In this document: in pieces, positions 8,721 through 17,022 of the stretch
Numbering within the stretch: the stretch's first letter is position 1
Layout of the letters: every line of letters begins with the position of its first letter
Assembly (NCBI GenBank): GCA_965223005.1
Contig: CBDCVK010000005.1
Location: 160,001 to 224,000, forward strand
Direction: 5' to 3'
DNA: 64,000 bases
From: Terriglobia bacterium
GTDB lineage: Bacteria; Acidobacteriota; Terriglobia; JAJPHL01; JAPKYU01
The notes under the pieces: model-generated
What the model was told of the DNA's origin: nothing
Seen by the model: the letters and a program-made list of their open reading frames with translations, nothing else
The model's database searches: none
Translations under genes and position numbers: made by a program

Positions 8721-11012
8721 TCATTGGGCCAGAAGCCGATCCTTTTGCAGCTCTCGGGCTCGCTGGCGTGCCTGTTGCGCACTCTGCTGGCGGTCCTGGG
8801 CCTGATACAGCTCCGCTAGGTTAAGCCACCCAGCCGGGTCCTCCGGCACCGATTGTACCGCCTGTTCCTGAAAAGAGACAGCGCGGCCCAGGTCTCCGAG
8901 GCTCCTCCAGGCGCGGGCCCGACCGACCGCTACCTGCACGCGAAACGCCTGCCCCAGGGGCGCCGCCGGGCCGCGGTAAGGGCTGCGTTTCTCCGCCTCC
9001 TCCCAAGCCCGAAGGGCTTGCCGCGGCTGCTTCATGGACAAGTACACCTCGCCCAGAACACGGTACATTTCATGCGCGGACACAGAATGACGGGCGGCGC
9101 GGCGGATCGCTTCGGCAGCTTCCGAATACTGCCCCTGCAGCGCCTGTGCCTGACCAATGGCGTACGAAGCCTGGTCGCTCGGCCGCAGGCGCAGGGCTGC
9201 TCGGTACTCCTGCTCGGCTTCGCGAATCCGGTCGCTGGCCTGTAAGACGGAGCCCTTCATCAGGTGTAGTTGCGGGTCGTCAGCGAAAATCCGTTGGGCC
9301 CGCTCCAGGGCCTGGAGCGCTTCCCCGTTCCGACCAAGGGCAAATAGCACCCAGCCAGCATTGGCATGGAAGTTATACAATTCGGCAGCGTTTCGAGAGC
9401 CGAACCTGGAGGTGGGCTTGGGCGGCGTAAACTGCGTGCTAGCGCAGTCAATCTGGAAGTGGTCCAGCCAGAACGCGTTCTCAGGCCGGTTACGCACGAA
9501 CAGCGCAGCCACCTCATCCAAGTAAACTGGCCGCCAGGTCTGACTCTCGCAAAATCGCCGCAACGCGATATTGCCCAGCCCAGCATAGCGCGCCACAGCC
9601 AGGATTACAGTGTTGACGCCCCAGCGCTCAGCCTGCTGCTGCCATTGCGGGGAATCGGGTGGCTGCAATAACAGTGCCTTGTGCTGGAAAAACAGCTCCG
9701 CGCCAAAGGGCACGGCGCGGCCGTCCAGCGACACCGGATAGTCCGGCCCCAGCCGCCAGGTTAAATAGCCGCCCAGGTTGAAGTCGTTCAGGATACGGCC
9801 CGGCAGGCGCTCTCGCAGCAGAAAAGCGGTAGCGCGCTCCGGGTACCACCAGGAAACGCCGGGGCCAAAACCCACGTTACCCACCACGCTGAGGTAATGG
9901 CGGTTGGAAACCAGATCGGCGGCCCGCACGCCAACCAAGCCTCCCAGAGCCACCAACGCCAGCAGAACGCCGGCCGCGGCCGGCCACTGTCGGCGCACCA
10001 GCCAGTTAGGTTTCCAGGGCCACGAAGCCAGCAGCTCCCCGCCGACCACGACCACCACTATGGCAAATAGCGCCTGCAAACGCAGGTAGCGCATGGAGCC
10101 GAACAGTGCGACGGCCAACAGGAGCACCGCTCCCGGTGACCTACGCCACAGGGCCACGCCGGCAGCCAGCACGCCCGCCACCAGCAACCACCAGAACGCG
10201 CTGTCAGGGTTCCGCCAGGCCAGCAGTTCCGACAGGCTGGCCCAGGAGACTCGGACCACCAGCCAGTCACCGACGTGCCCTTCCAGTGACTCCAGCAGGC
10301 GGCTCTGCCGGAACAACGCCGCATAGAGACGCGGCCCCCATGGATTCACCAGTGTGGCCAGTGCTGCCGTGGCCAGCCAGGGAGCGGCGCGCCGCAGGCG
10401 AGCCGAGGCCGGGGCGCGCTTCTCCGGGAACGGCAGCTCCAGAAGCTCCACCACTACGTAGGCGGCCAATAGCGCCACTCCCGCAACAAATCCCAGGTGT
10501 AGGTTGGCCCACAGGCACAGCAGCGGCGGCAGCAACCACAGGGGAGAAGGCCGGTCGCGGTAGTGGCGCCACAAGAGCACCAACACCGGAGCAAACAGCA
10601 GGGTGCTGAACAAATCGGCCCGCGGAGCTGTGCGAAAGGCCACCACGGGAACGGCCAGCACCGCCAGGGAGGCGCGCACCAGGGCTGCGGGGGCGGGGCC
10701 ACCTGCAGCTAGCAGCATCGCCACCGTCCCCGCGCACGCCGCCGCGGTCAGCCAGGAGATTGCCGCGTAGCCTCCAAGCCAGTGCGCCCCATAGAAGAGA
10801 ACCCCTGAAAAGGGCGGATAGATCCACTCCTGACCGCGGGCTGTGTAGGAAAGGACGTCGTGGGAAGGAATTTCTCTGTGCAGGAGGACGTAACGGCCGG
10901 TAGCCAGTTGCCACCCCAGGTCCGAGTCGCCCACTGTGCGCAGGCCGCTCAGAGCGGCATATAGGACGGCGAGGGTAGCTAGGGCGAGCAGCAATCGCCG
11001 CTGATGGGCCAT
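8721..11012 (-). CDS. Multi-TM membrane protein with C-terminal TPRs; putative GT-C glycosyltransferase
   Basis: GDSDLGWQLATGR after TM1, about 11 TM helices, WANLH, NPWG, GGYL.W and DGR motifs, several TPRs; directly downstream of the pilin. Confidence 0.7.
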   Translation of the reverse strand: MAHQRRLLLALATLAVLYAALSGLRTVGDSDLGWQLATGRYVLLHREIPSHDVLSYTARGQEWIYPPFSGVLFYGAHWLGGYAAISWLTAAACAGTVAMLLAAGGPAPAALVRASLAVLAVPVVAFRTAPRADLFSTLLFAPVLVLLWRHYRDRPSPLWLLPPLLCLWANLHLGFVAGVALLAAYVVVELLELPFPEKRAPASARLRRAAPWLATAALATLVNPWGPRLYAALFRQSRLLESLEGHVGDWLVVRVSWASLSELLAWRNPDSAFWWLLVAGVLAAGVALWRRSPGAVLLLAVALFGSMRYLRLQALFAIVVVVVGGELLASWPWKPNWLVRRQWPAAAGVLLALVALGGLVGVRAADLVSNRHYLSVVGNVGFGPGVSWWYPERATAFLLRERLPGRILNDFNLGGYLTWRLGPDYPVSLDGRAVPFGAELFFQHKALLLQPPDSPQWQQQAERWGVNTVILAVARYAGLGNIALRRFCESQTWRPVYLDEVAALFVRNRPENAFWLDHFQIDCASTQFTPPKPTSRFGSRNAAELYNFHANAGWVLFALGRNGEALQALERAQRIFADDPQLHLMKGSVLQASDRIREAEQEYRAALRLRPSDQASYAIGQAQALQGQYSEAAEAIRRAARHSVSAHEMYRVLGEVYLSMKQPRQALRAWEEAEKRSPYRGPAAPLGQAFRVQVAVGRARAWRSLGDLGRAVSFQEQAVQSVPEDPAGWLNLAELYQAQDRQQSAQQARQRARELQKDRLLAQ

Positions 11013-11037
11013 ATCCTGGCTTGACCCGCGCTACGCG

Positions 11038-11069
11038 TGAAGGGAGAACCCCGGAAGGTTCTCCCTTCA
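11038..11069 (-). terminator. Perfect 13-bp-stem hairpin after the pilin gene (terminator or mRNA-stabilising structure)
   Basis: TGAAGGGAGAACC-ccggaa-GGTTCTCCCTTCA; no U-tract on the minus strand, so read-through is plausible. Confidence 0.6.
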
Positions 11070-11095
11070 TCGTCAAGACAAAAGCACCGGGCCGA

Positions 11096-11602
11096 CTAGA
11101 TCGGCGTGTCGGTGAGCGACGCGATGGTCGTAGGATTGAAACGGATTATATTGGCCTCGCTGCTGCAGAAGGAGCGCTGGCCGCTGGAGCCACGCGCGAC
11201 CGGATCCGAATTGGTTATGTACTGAGCGATAAACCCGAAAGTGGTGTTCGTGCCGGTCGGAGCAAAGGTGACGATGTACCCGCCCTTGGTAAACGTGGTG
11301 TTCGTACCCGTGCCCTCAAGCCCGCCAAGTACGGGGTCCACCAAATCGGCGCGGTTTGCATCGGCCTGGCTGCCGGCCGCCGGTGGGCCAAGACGGTTCA
11401 ACCCATCGGTGAAGCCCGAGTTATATGTAGAGGCGTAGGTGATCTCCGCGGTGTTCAACGTACGCAAGGAACTGGTGGTAGACGCCTCGTTGGCGGCAAT
11501 CCGAGACCTCAGCAGGTTTGGGATGGCGATAGCCGCGATGATCAGAATGATCGCCACCACGATCAACAACTCAATCAGTGAGAAGCCCTTCTGCTTCTTC
11601 AT
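11096..11602 (-). CDS. pilA: Type IV major pilin (prepilin N-methylation domain)
   Basis: MKKQKG|FSLIELLIVVAIILIIAAIAIPNLL class III signal peptide with E5; Thr/Ser-rich mature domain. Confidence 0.92.
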   Translation of the reverse strand: MKKQKGFSLIELLIVVAIILIIAAIAIPNLLRSRIAANEASTTSSLRTLNTAEITYASTYNSGFTDGLNRLGPPAAGSQADANRADLVDPVLGGLEGTGTNTTFTKGGYIVTFAPTGTNTTFGFIAQYITNSDPVARGSSGQRSFCSSEANIIRFNPTTIASLTDTPI

Positions 11603-11688
11603 ATCTGTTTTTGCCCTTCCGCCCCCCTTCAAGGGGAGGCTGCATTGGTGTGTTATGGTTGCAGGATAAACCCCGCGCCGCTAAGAGT

Positions 11689-11705
11689 AGCAATCTCTGT
11701 TCCAA
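11689..11705 (-). promoter_or_regulatory. Sigma54 -24/-12 promoter of pilin 1
   Basis: Minus strand TTGGAACAGAGATTGCT = GG-N10-GC. Confidence 0.8.
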
Positions 11706-11752
11706 ACAGCAAGCTTCCTCCACGACCCACGGGGCAGGAATAAACTCAAACC

Positions 11753-11823
11753 AAGCAACAGGTTGGTTTCTACCGTCGCTTATGCAAACGCAAGCAACTC
11801 AGTAAGGTGACAAAAAGTGTCAC
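11753..11823. promoter_or_regulatory. Putative IHF site (11753-11765) and bEBP (PilR-type) upstream activator palindrome (11807-11823)
   Basis: AAGCAACAGGTTG has 1 mismatch to WATCAANNNNTTR; perfect GTGACA-N5-TGTCAC palindrome about 105-120 bp upstream of the -24 element. Confidence 0.6.
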
Positions 11824-11889
11824 TCCGCGTGGACACTTCTTGGCGCCGCCCCAACCGTGGCGAAACGACGCGCTAAGCAGCGCAGCAGT

Positions 11890-12391
11890 CTAGATAACCG
11901 TGTCGGTAGCTGTCGCCGTGGTCGTGGGGTTAAAACGAATGACCAGGGGTTCGTTGGTAAAGAAGGAACGCTGGCCACTGGAGCCGCGCACCACTGGGTC
12001 GGCCGCGATCTGGTAGGCGGCAATGAACCCGAAGGTCATGTTGGTGCCAGTGGGAACGTACGAGAAACTATAGCCATTCTTGGTGAAGCTGGTAGCCGTG
12101 CCGCCCGTACTCATACCCGCCAGAATCGGGTCTACTATATCGGCGCGGTTGGCGTCGGCTGACGAGCCTGCCGTTGGCGGGCCCAGCCGGGTTAAGTTGT
12201 CCGTATAGCCCGAGTTATACGTGGCGTTGTATGTTAGCGGTGTTCACCGACCGCAAGGAGCTGACGGCAGACGCCTCGTTGGCGGCCAGCCGGGATCGCA
12301 ACAAATTAGGGATCGCAATCGCGGCAATAATCAAAATGATCGCTACCACGATCAGCAACTCGATCAGCGAGAAACCCCTCTGTTTGCCCAT
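11890..12391 (-). pseudogene. Second type IV pilin paralogue, frameshifted near 12232
   Basis: MGKQRG|FSLIELL...NTAN in one frame, continuing YNATYNSGYTDNLTRLGPP...FNPTTTATATDTVI in another; collinear with pilin 1 but 5 nt short. Confidence 0.88.
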
Positions 12392-12427
12392 CTTGGCTTT
12401 TCCCTCGCTTCCTTGGTAAGGGGGGAA

Positions 12428-12444
12428 GGCAATTTCAATTCCAA
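12428..12444 (-). promoter_or_regulatory. Sigma54 -24/-12 promoter of pilin 2
   Basis: Minus strand TTGGAATTGAAATTGCC = GG-N10-GC, about 37 nt upstream of the ATG. Confidence 0.72.
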
Positions 12445-12486
12445 TCTCCTGATTTGTCAACCAGTTTCTTTTGCAGAAGCTTTAAC

Positions 12487-12735
12487 CCTGCATATCCGTT
12501 TCCAAATTTCAGACCTAACCGTGTCCTGACCTCCGGCGCCGATATGCATGCTGGTTCCAGCCTCAGGACAGCCTTCCGGAGGTAGAAACCCAGTGGATCA
12601 GAACCAAAACCACCATTTTCAACTCTCGCTCAATAGGTTCTTTCGTGCCGATTTTCCAAGAATCACGAGTGACTACTGATGGCGGCCTGATCCTGGTGCG
12701 AGACTGGACGAACGGTTGCGTTCAGCGAGCTGCTC
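12487..12735 (+). mobile_element. Degenerate IS1380-family element remnant (left end and first ~45 transposase codons)
   Basis: GGAGG RBS, GTG at 12593, then DQNQNHHFQLSLNRFFRADF/QESRVTTDGGLILVR/LDERL across two frameshifts; resembles the IS1380 transposase N-terminus (FQLSFN..LKVDFQGSRVTSDGGL.LVRELDERL, from memory). Left boundary approximate. Confidence 0.7.
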
Positions 12736-14046
12736 GGGATGCAGAATCTTTCGAACTGCAGCGCGAAAGTTCAGGTAGTCGGGGTCATTCGGCCGCAGGA
12801 CCAGACCCTGCTGATACATGCGGTCAGCTTCCTCGTAGCGTCCGGTTATGAAATACAAGCGGCCCAGGCTCAGCACGGCGGTCTTGGAACTGGGGGTTAC
12901 GCGCAGGGTGTGAGTCCACAGCGTCTCCGCATGGCGCCAATTCAGAACGGCAGCCACCGAAAGCGCGCTCCATATCAGCAGCAACGCCAGCGCAGCCGCG
13001 GCCCCCGCTCGGTGGCGGGTCGCGTACCCGATCAGTAAGGCGAGGCCCAGGACCGCGACATACGCGTAGCGATCCTGCGCTTGCCGCAGAGGAGGCAGGA
13101 CGATGCTGGACGCCAGCGCAGGGGTCAAGGCTAGGAAGAGCAGTAGCAGCGCACGCCGCACTTCCTTGTGCCGAGTAGCGGCCCAGCCTGCCAGCGCACA
13201 GGCGAGCGCGAAGACCACCCAGGCGGTGGGCGGATGCGCCAGGTGATACTCAGGAGCTAGCGGCCACGGCCAAATCAGCTTCTTCGCGTACTGCAAGGCA
13301 ATTGCGCCGATGATGTCGATGTGCCCGAACACGGAGCGCTGGTGCAGCTGACCGACGGCAAGACCGAGCGCCGAGAAACGCAGCAGGAGCGTGGCGCCGG
13401 CAATGGCAAAGAATGCCCAGGCCCGCCAGCCGACAAACAGCGCCGCCATCAGCGGTAGCGCCAGGGTTGTTTCTTTCGTCAAGAAAGCGATGGCGGCGGC
13501 CAGGTAGCTGACAGCCAGCATCCATCTTGGGCCGGCCCGCGCCCGCAGCAGGGCGTAAAGGCTCAGCAACATCAAGGCGCCGGCCAGCACCTCGGAGAAG
13601 GCGGCCATCCAGGCCACCGCTTCCACGTGCAGGGGATGGACCAGGAAGAGGGCGGCCGTGAACCAGGCTACTCGGAGTTCGGCGAATTCCAGGACCAGCA
13701 AGAAGAGAAGCAGGCCGGCGGCGGCGTGCACGGCGACGGAAGCCAGGTGCAGTCCGAAGGGCTGCCGATCGGTAAGCCGGGCGAGCCAGGAATGAGCCAA
13801 AAACTGGATCGGACGGTAAACCACGTACTGCGCCTTTTCCGGATCAAATGGATGGGAGTCGAGGCTGAACACCGACGTCACGGTTTCCTTGAACAGTCGC
13901 GGGTTGTCGAAGTAGAGCCATTCGTCGTCCCAGATAAAGGCGCCGCCCAGCGAGTGTGCATAGACCAGACCGGTCAGCAGAACCAAAGCCACCACGCCCC
14001 GGCCTGGCGTCAGGCCCCGAAGGCTCATGAAGGTGGAGAAGCTCAT
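12673..14046 (-). CDS. TMTC-like GT-C membrane protein (putative protein O-mannosyltransferase) with a short TPR tail
   Basis: FIWDD acidic loop after TM1, YRP, HPLHVEAVAW, KE, DRYAY, W...ETLW then 1-2 TPRs. Confidence 0.75.
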   Translation of the reverse strand: MSFSTFMSLRGLTPGRGVVALVLLTGLVYAHSLGGAFIWDDEWLYFDNPRLFKETVTSVFSLDSHPFDPEKAQYVVYRPIQFLAHSWLARLTDRQPFGLHLASVAVHAAAGLLLFLLVLEFAELRVAWFTAALFLVHPLHVEAVAWMAAFSEVLAGALMLLSLYALLRARAGPRWMLAVSYLAAAIAFLTKETTLALPLMAALFVGWRAWAFFAIAGATLLLRFSALGLAVGQLHQRSVFGHIDIIGAIALQYAKKLIWPWPLAPEYHLAHPPTAWVVFALACALAGWAATRHKEVRRALLLLFLALTPALASSIVLPPLRQAQDRYAYVAVLGLALLIGYATRHRAGAAAALALLLIWSALSVAAVLNWRHAETLWTHTLRVTPSSKTAVLSLGRLYFITGRYEEADRMYQQGLVLRPNDPDYLNFRAAVRKILHPEQLAERNRSSSLAPGSGRHQ

Positions 14047-14087
14047 TTTTTACGGCCACTATACTACGTAAGGATTGCACGGGCCGT

Positions 14088-14262
14088 CTACGGGGGACGA
14101 TTCAGGACCTTGCGGAGCGCGGCGCGGGAGGCCAGGTAGTCGGGGTCATTGGGCTGCAGGACGAGGATCTGCTGCTAGATGCGAGCAGCTTCCTCGAAGC
14201 GTCCGGGCATAAAAGTGCCAGTCGCCCAGTGTGAGTACTGCGCTTTTGAAAATGGGGGTTTG
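14088..14262 (-). pseudogene. Remnant 3' end of a TMTC-like paralogue
   Basis: Translates TPIFKSAVLTLGDWHF/MPGRFEEAARI*QQILVLQPNDPDYLASRAALRKVLNRPP*, aligning to the C-terminus of 12673-14046; contains a frameshift and an internal stop. Confidence 0.8.
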
Positions 14263-14297
14263 ATCGAGGTGATGCCCGCGGCTGCGCCAGCCTCGCT

Positions 14298-14912
14298 TCA
14301 GCGCCCCTCTACCATGGTGAGGAAATATTGATGGAGGCGAGGGTCGGGGGTCAATTCCGGGTGGAACGTAGCGGCCAACAGGTACTGTTGGCGCACCAGC
14401 ACCGCCGAACCCCGGCATTCAGCCAGCACCTGAACTCCCGGCCCAACCCGTTCAATGATGGGCGCGCGGATAAAGACCATCTCCAATGAAGAATCGGACC
14501 AGCCGTCAGCGGGACTTTCTCGGGTGATGAAACTGGACAACTGGCGGCCATAACCATTGCGACGAACTGCAATGTCCATCAGAGCCAGGCTGCGTTGTGG
14601 GGGATTGCTGACCTCGCTGGCCATCAGGATGGCGCCGGCGCAGGTGCCGAAAAGCGGCCGACCCTTGGCCGCCATCTCGCGGATGGCTTCCAGCAAGCCG
14701 TCTTCGCCGAGGAACTTCAGCAACGTGGTGCTCTCGCCGCCAGGCAGAATGAGTCCATCCACCTGGGCCACCTGCCGCGCATGCTTCACCAGTACCGGCG
14801 TGGCCCCGACGTGGCGAAGGGCGCGGGCATGAGCCTCAAAATCACCCTGCACCGCAAGCACGCCGATGCGCGCGCCGTTCTTGCTCGGTTCCCGAGTTTC
14901 GGCTTCCCCCAT
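14298..14912 (-). CDS. pdxT: Pyridoxal 5'-phosphate synthase glutaminase subunit
   Basis: GVLAVQG, PGGEST, GTCAG, FIRAP, FHPE. Confidence 0.96.
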   Translation of the reverse strand: MGEAETREPSKNGARIGVLAVQGDFEAHARALRHVGATPVLVKHARQVAQVDGLILPGGESTTLLKFLGEDGLLEAIREMAAKGRPLFGTCAGAILMASEVSNPPQRSLALMDIAVRRNGYGRQLSSFITRESPADGWSDSSLEMVFIRAPIIERVGPGVQVLAECRGSAVLVRQQYLLAATFHPELTPDPRLHQYFLTMVEGR

Positions 14913-14914
14913 CT

Positions 14915-15814
14915 CTACCAGCCGCGCGTTTGCAGCAGCTCCTTCTCCTCCAGGGCCGCGATGTCAAGCCCGCGCATGGCCTCCCCCAGCATTCCCGAGC
15001 ACTCCAGCAACATCTTCGGCTCATTGAAATGAGTCGTGGCGGTCACGACGGCGCGGGCGCGCACCTCCGGGTCCGAAGACTTAAAGATGCCCGAGCCGAC
15101 AAAAACCGCCTCGGCCCCCAACTGCATCACCAGCGCCGCGTCGGCGGGAGTCGCGATGCCGCCGGCAGAGAAATTGGGCACCGGCAAGCGGCCATTCTGG
15201 GCCACCCAGCGCACCACCTCCAGGGGCGCCCCCAGCTCTTTGGATTTCGCCACCAGCTCGTCCTCGCCCAGCACTGTCAACCGACGCATCTCGCCCACGA
15301 TGGCTCGTATGTGCCGCACCGCTTCCACCACGTTTCCCGAGCCGGCTTCCCCCTTGGTGCGGATCATGGCTGCGCCCTCGGCGATGCGCCGCAGCGCCTC
15401 ACCCAGGTTCCGCGCGCCGCAAACGAACGGCACCTTGAAGCCGCGCTTGTGGATGTGGTGCTGCTCGTCGGCCGGGGTCAGCACTTCGCTTTCGTCAATG
15501 AAGTCCACTTCCAGCGCCTCCAGCACCTGCGCCTCGGTGAAGTGTCCAATGCGCACCTTGGCCATCACCGGGATGGAGACGGTGCTCATGATGTCGCGGA
15601 TGGTCTTGACGGGGGCCATGCGGGCCACACCGCCTTCCCGCCGAATGTCAGCCGGCACCCGCTCCAGGGCCATCACTGCTACCGCCCCCGCCTTCTCGGC
15701 GATTTCCGCATGCTCGGCATTGATCACATCCATGATGACCCCGCCTTTGAGCATCTCTGCCAGTCCCACCTTCAGGCGGTACTGTTCGTCCAGGAAATTC
15801 CAGGGCTCTGCCAT
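14915..15814 (-). CDS. pdxS: Pyridoxal 5'-phosphate synthase lyase subunit
   Basis: [47 protein letters not shown]. Confidence 0.97.
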   Translation of the reverse strand: MAEPWNFLDEQYRLKVGLAEMLKGGVIMDVINAEHAEIAEKAGAVAVMALERVPADIRREGGVARMAPVKTIRDIMSTVSIPVMAKVRIGHFTEAQVLEALEVDFIDESEVLTPADEQHHIHKRGFKVPFVCGARNLGEALRRIAEGAAMIRTKGEAGSGNVVEAVRHIRAIVGEMRRLTVLGEDELVAKSKELGAPLEVVRWVAQNGRLPVPNFSAGGIATPADAALVMQLGAEAVFVGSGIFKSSDPEVRARAVVTATTHFNEPKMLLECSGMLGEAMRGLDIAALEEKELLQTRGW

Positions 15815-15819
15815 ATCTT

Positions 15820-15867
15820 CCCTCCCTAATGCTTCCGCTCAGACCCTCCCTAATGCTTCCGCTTAGA
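15820..15867. repeat. 24-bp tandem duplication covering the pdxS ribosome-binding region
   Basis: CCCTCCCTAATGCTTCCGCT(C/T)AGA x2, one mismatch. Confidence 0.9.
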
Positions 15868-15938
15868 GGTAAATGTCTGGTGTGTTGGCGCGGAGCCATG
15901 CCACGGCGGATTCCCCAAATCATTTTACTACACGCCAG

Positions 15939-16925
15939 CTAATCCGTGCCGGAGGGCGCGACCTGCGCCATCTCGTCCAGGCTCAAGCCCTGCAGCAGCT
16001 CCACCCCGAAGCGCTCACTGAACCGGCGGGCGACCTCGGCGGGCAGGCTCTCCCCAACCGCAATCGCCTGCCGAAGGGATGTGCGGTCGAATTCGCCCGG
16101 CGTCTTGAGCAGCATGTCGTACAACGACGTGGCTGCGAACAAAAGTGAGGGACGAAAACGCGCGATGGCGCCAACCGCTGCCTCCGCTGTGACCTCTTGC
16201 GACTCCAGCACTGTCGCTGCGCCTGACGAAAGAGGCAAGGCCAAGCTGGCGAGCAGCCCCCAGGCCGACCAGATGGGAAGAGTCGAGTAGACACGATCCT
16301 GACAGTCAATATTAACTAAACGGCGGCCGACCTGCCGGCTGCTATGAAGCAGATGCTCCTGGCGGTAGTAGACATTTTGGAATTCGCCCCCGGGAGATGG
16401 CGCGTACAGGAGCACTACCGGGTCTTCGAGCGCCCCCGTTGGAGTTTCCGCGTGGGGTTCCACGTCCTCGATTCGGTGCCGCCACGACCACTCGGGCGCG
16501 GTCTCTCCCACTACCAGCAGTCCTTCGGGCCGAACATGCTGGCGGCACTGCTTCAGCTCGCCCAGCGCAAGCTCATCCACCACCAGCACCCGAGGCGCGC
16601 AATCCTGGATCAACGCCAGCAACTCGCTCGCCCGGGAAAGCGGGTTTACGGGCACAGCGACGGCGCCAAGTCGCAGCGCGCCCAGCAAGGCTGCCACCAG
16701 CTCCGGGCCGTTGGGTAGGGCCAGCAATACATGCTCCCGGCGGCCCACACTCAGGTCGCGAAATATTCCGGCAGCGCGGTTGCTCAGTTCCGTCAGTTCT
16801 CCATAAGTGTGAGTTGCGCCGGCAGTGAGCAACGCCGGCCGCTCTTCATGACCGGCTTCCAGGTGCCGGTCCAAGAACTGCCAGGCTAGGTTGCCTGATC
16901 CATCCATTTCATTCATTTCATCCAT
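15939..16925 (-). CDS. Truncated, degenerate AMP-binding (benzoate-CoA ligase-like) protein
   Basis: ANL N-terminal domain (TYGEL, GAVAVPVNP, SLRQAIAVGESLP) with an eroded P-loop and no C-terminal domain. Confidence 0.65.
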   Translation of the reverse strand: MDEMNEMDGSGNLAWQFLDRHLEAGHEERPALLTAGATHTYGELTELSNRAAGIFRDLSVGRREHVLLALPNGPELVAALLGALRLGAVAVPVNPLSRASELLALIQDCAPRVLVVDELALGELKQCRQHVRPEGLLVVGETAPEWSWRHRIEDVEPHAETPTGALEDPVVLLYAPSPGGEFQNVYYRQEHLLHSSRQVGRRLVNIDCQDRVYSTLPIWSAWGLLASLALPLSSGAATVLESQEVTAEAAVGAIARFRPSLLFAATSLYDMLLKTPGEFDRTSLRQAIAVGESLPAEVARRFSERFGVELLQGLSLDEMAQVAPSGTD

Positions 16926-17022
16926 GCGGGCTAGCCTTTCTTTTCCCCTGCGGCGCTTCCAACGCCACTAAGACGAAGTGCCGGAACCACAACCAATTCG
17001 CGGACCGCTGACAGCAGCGGGG

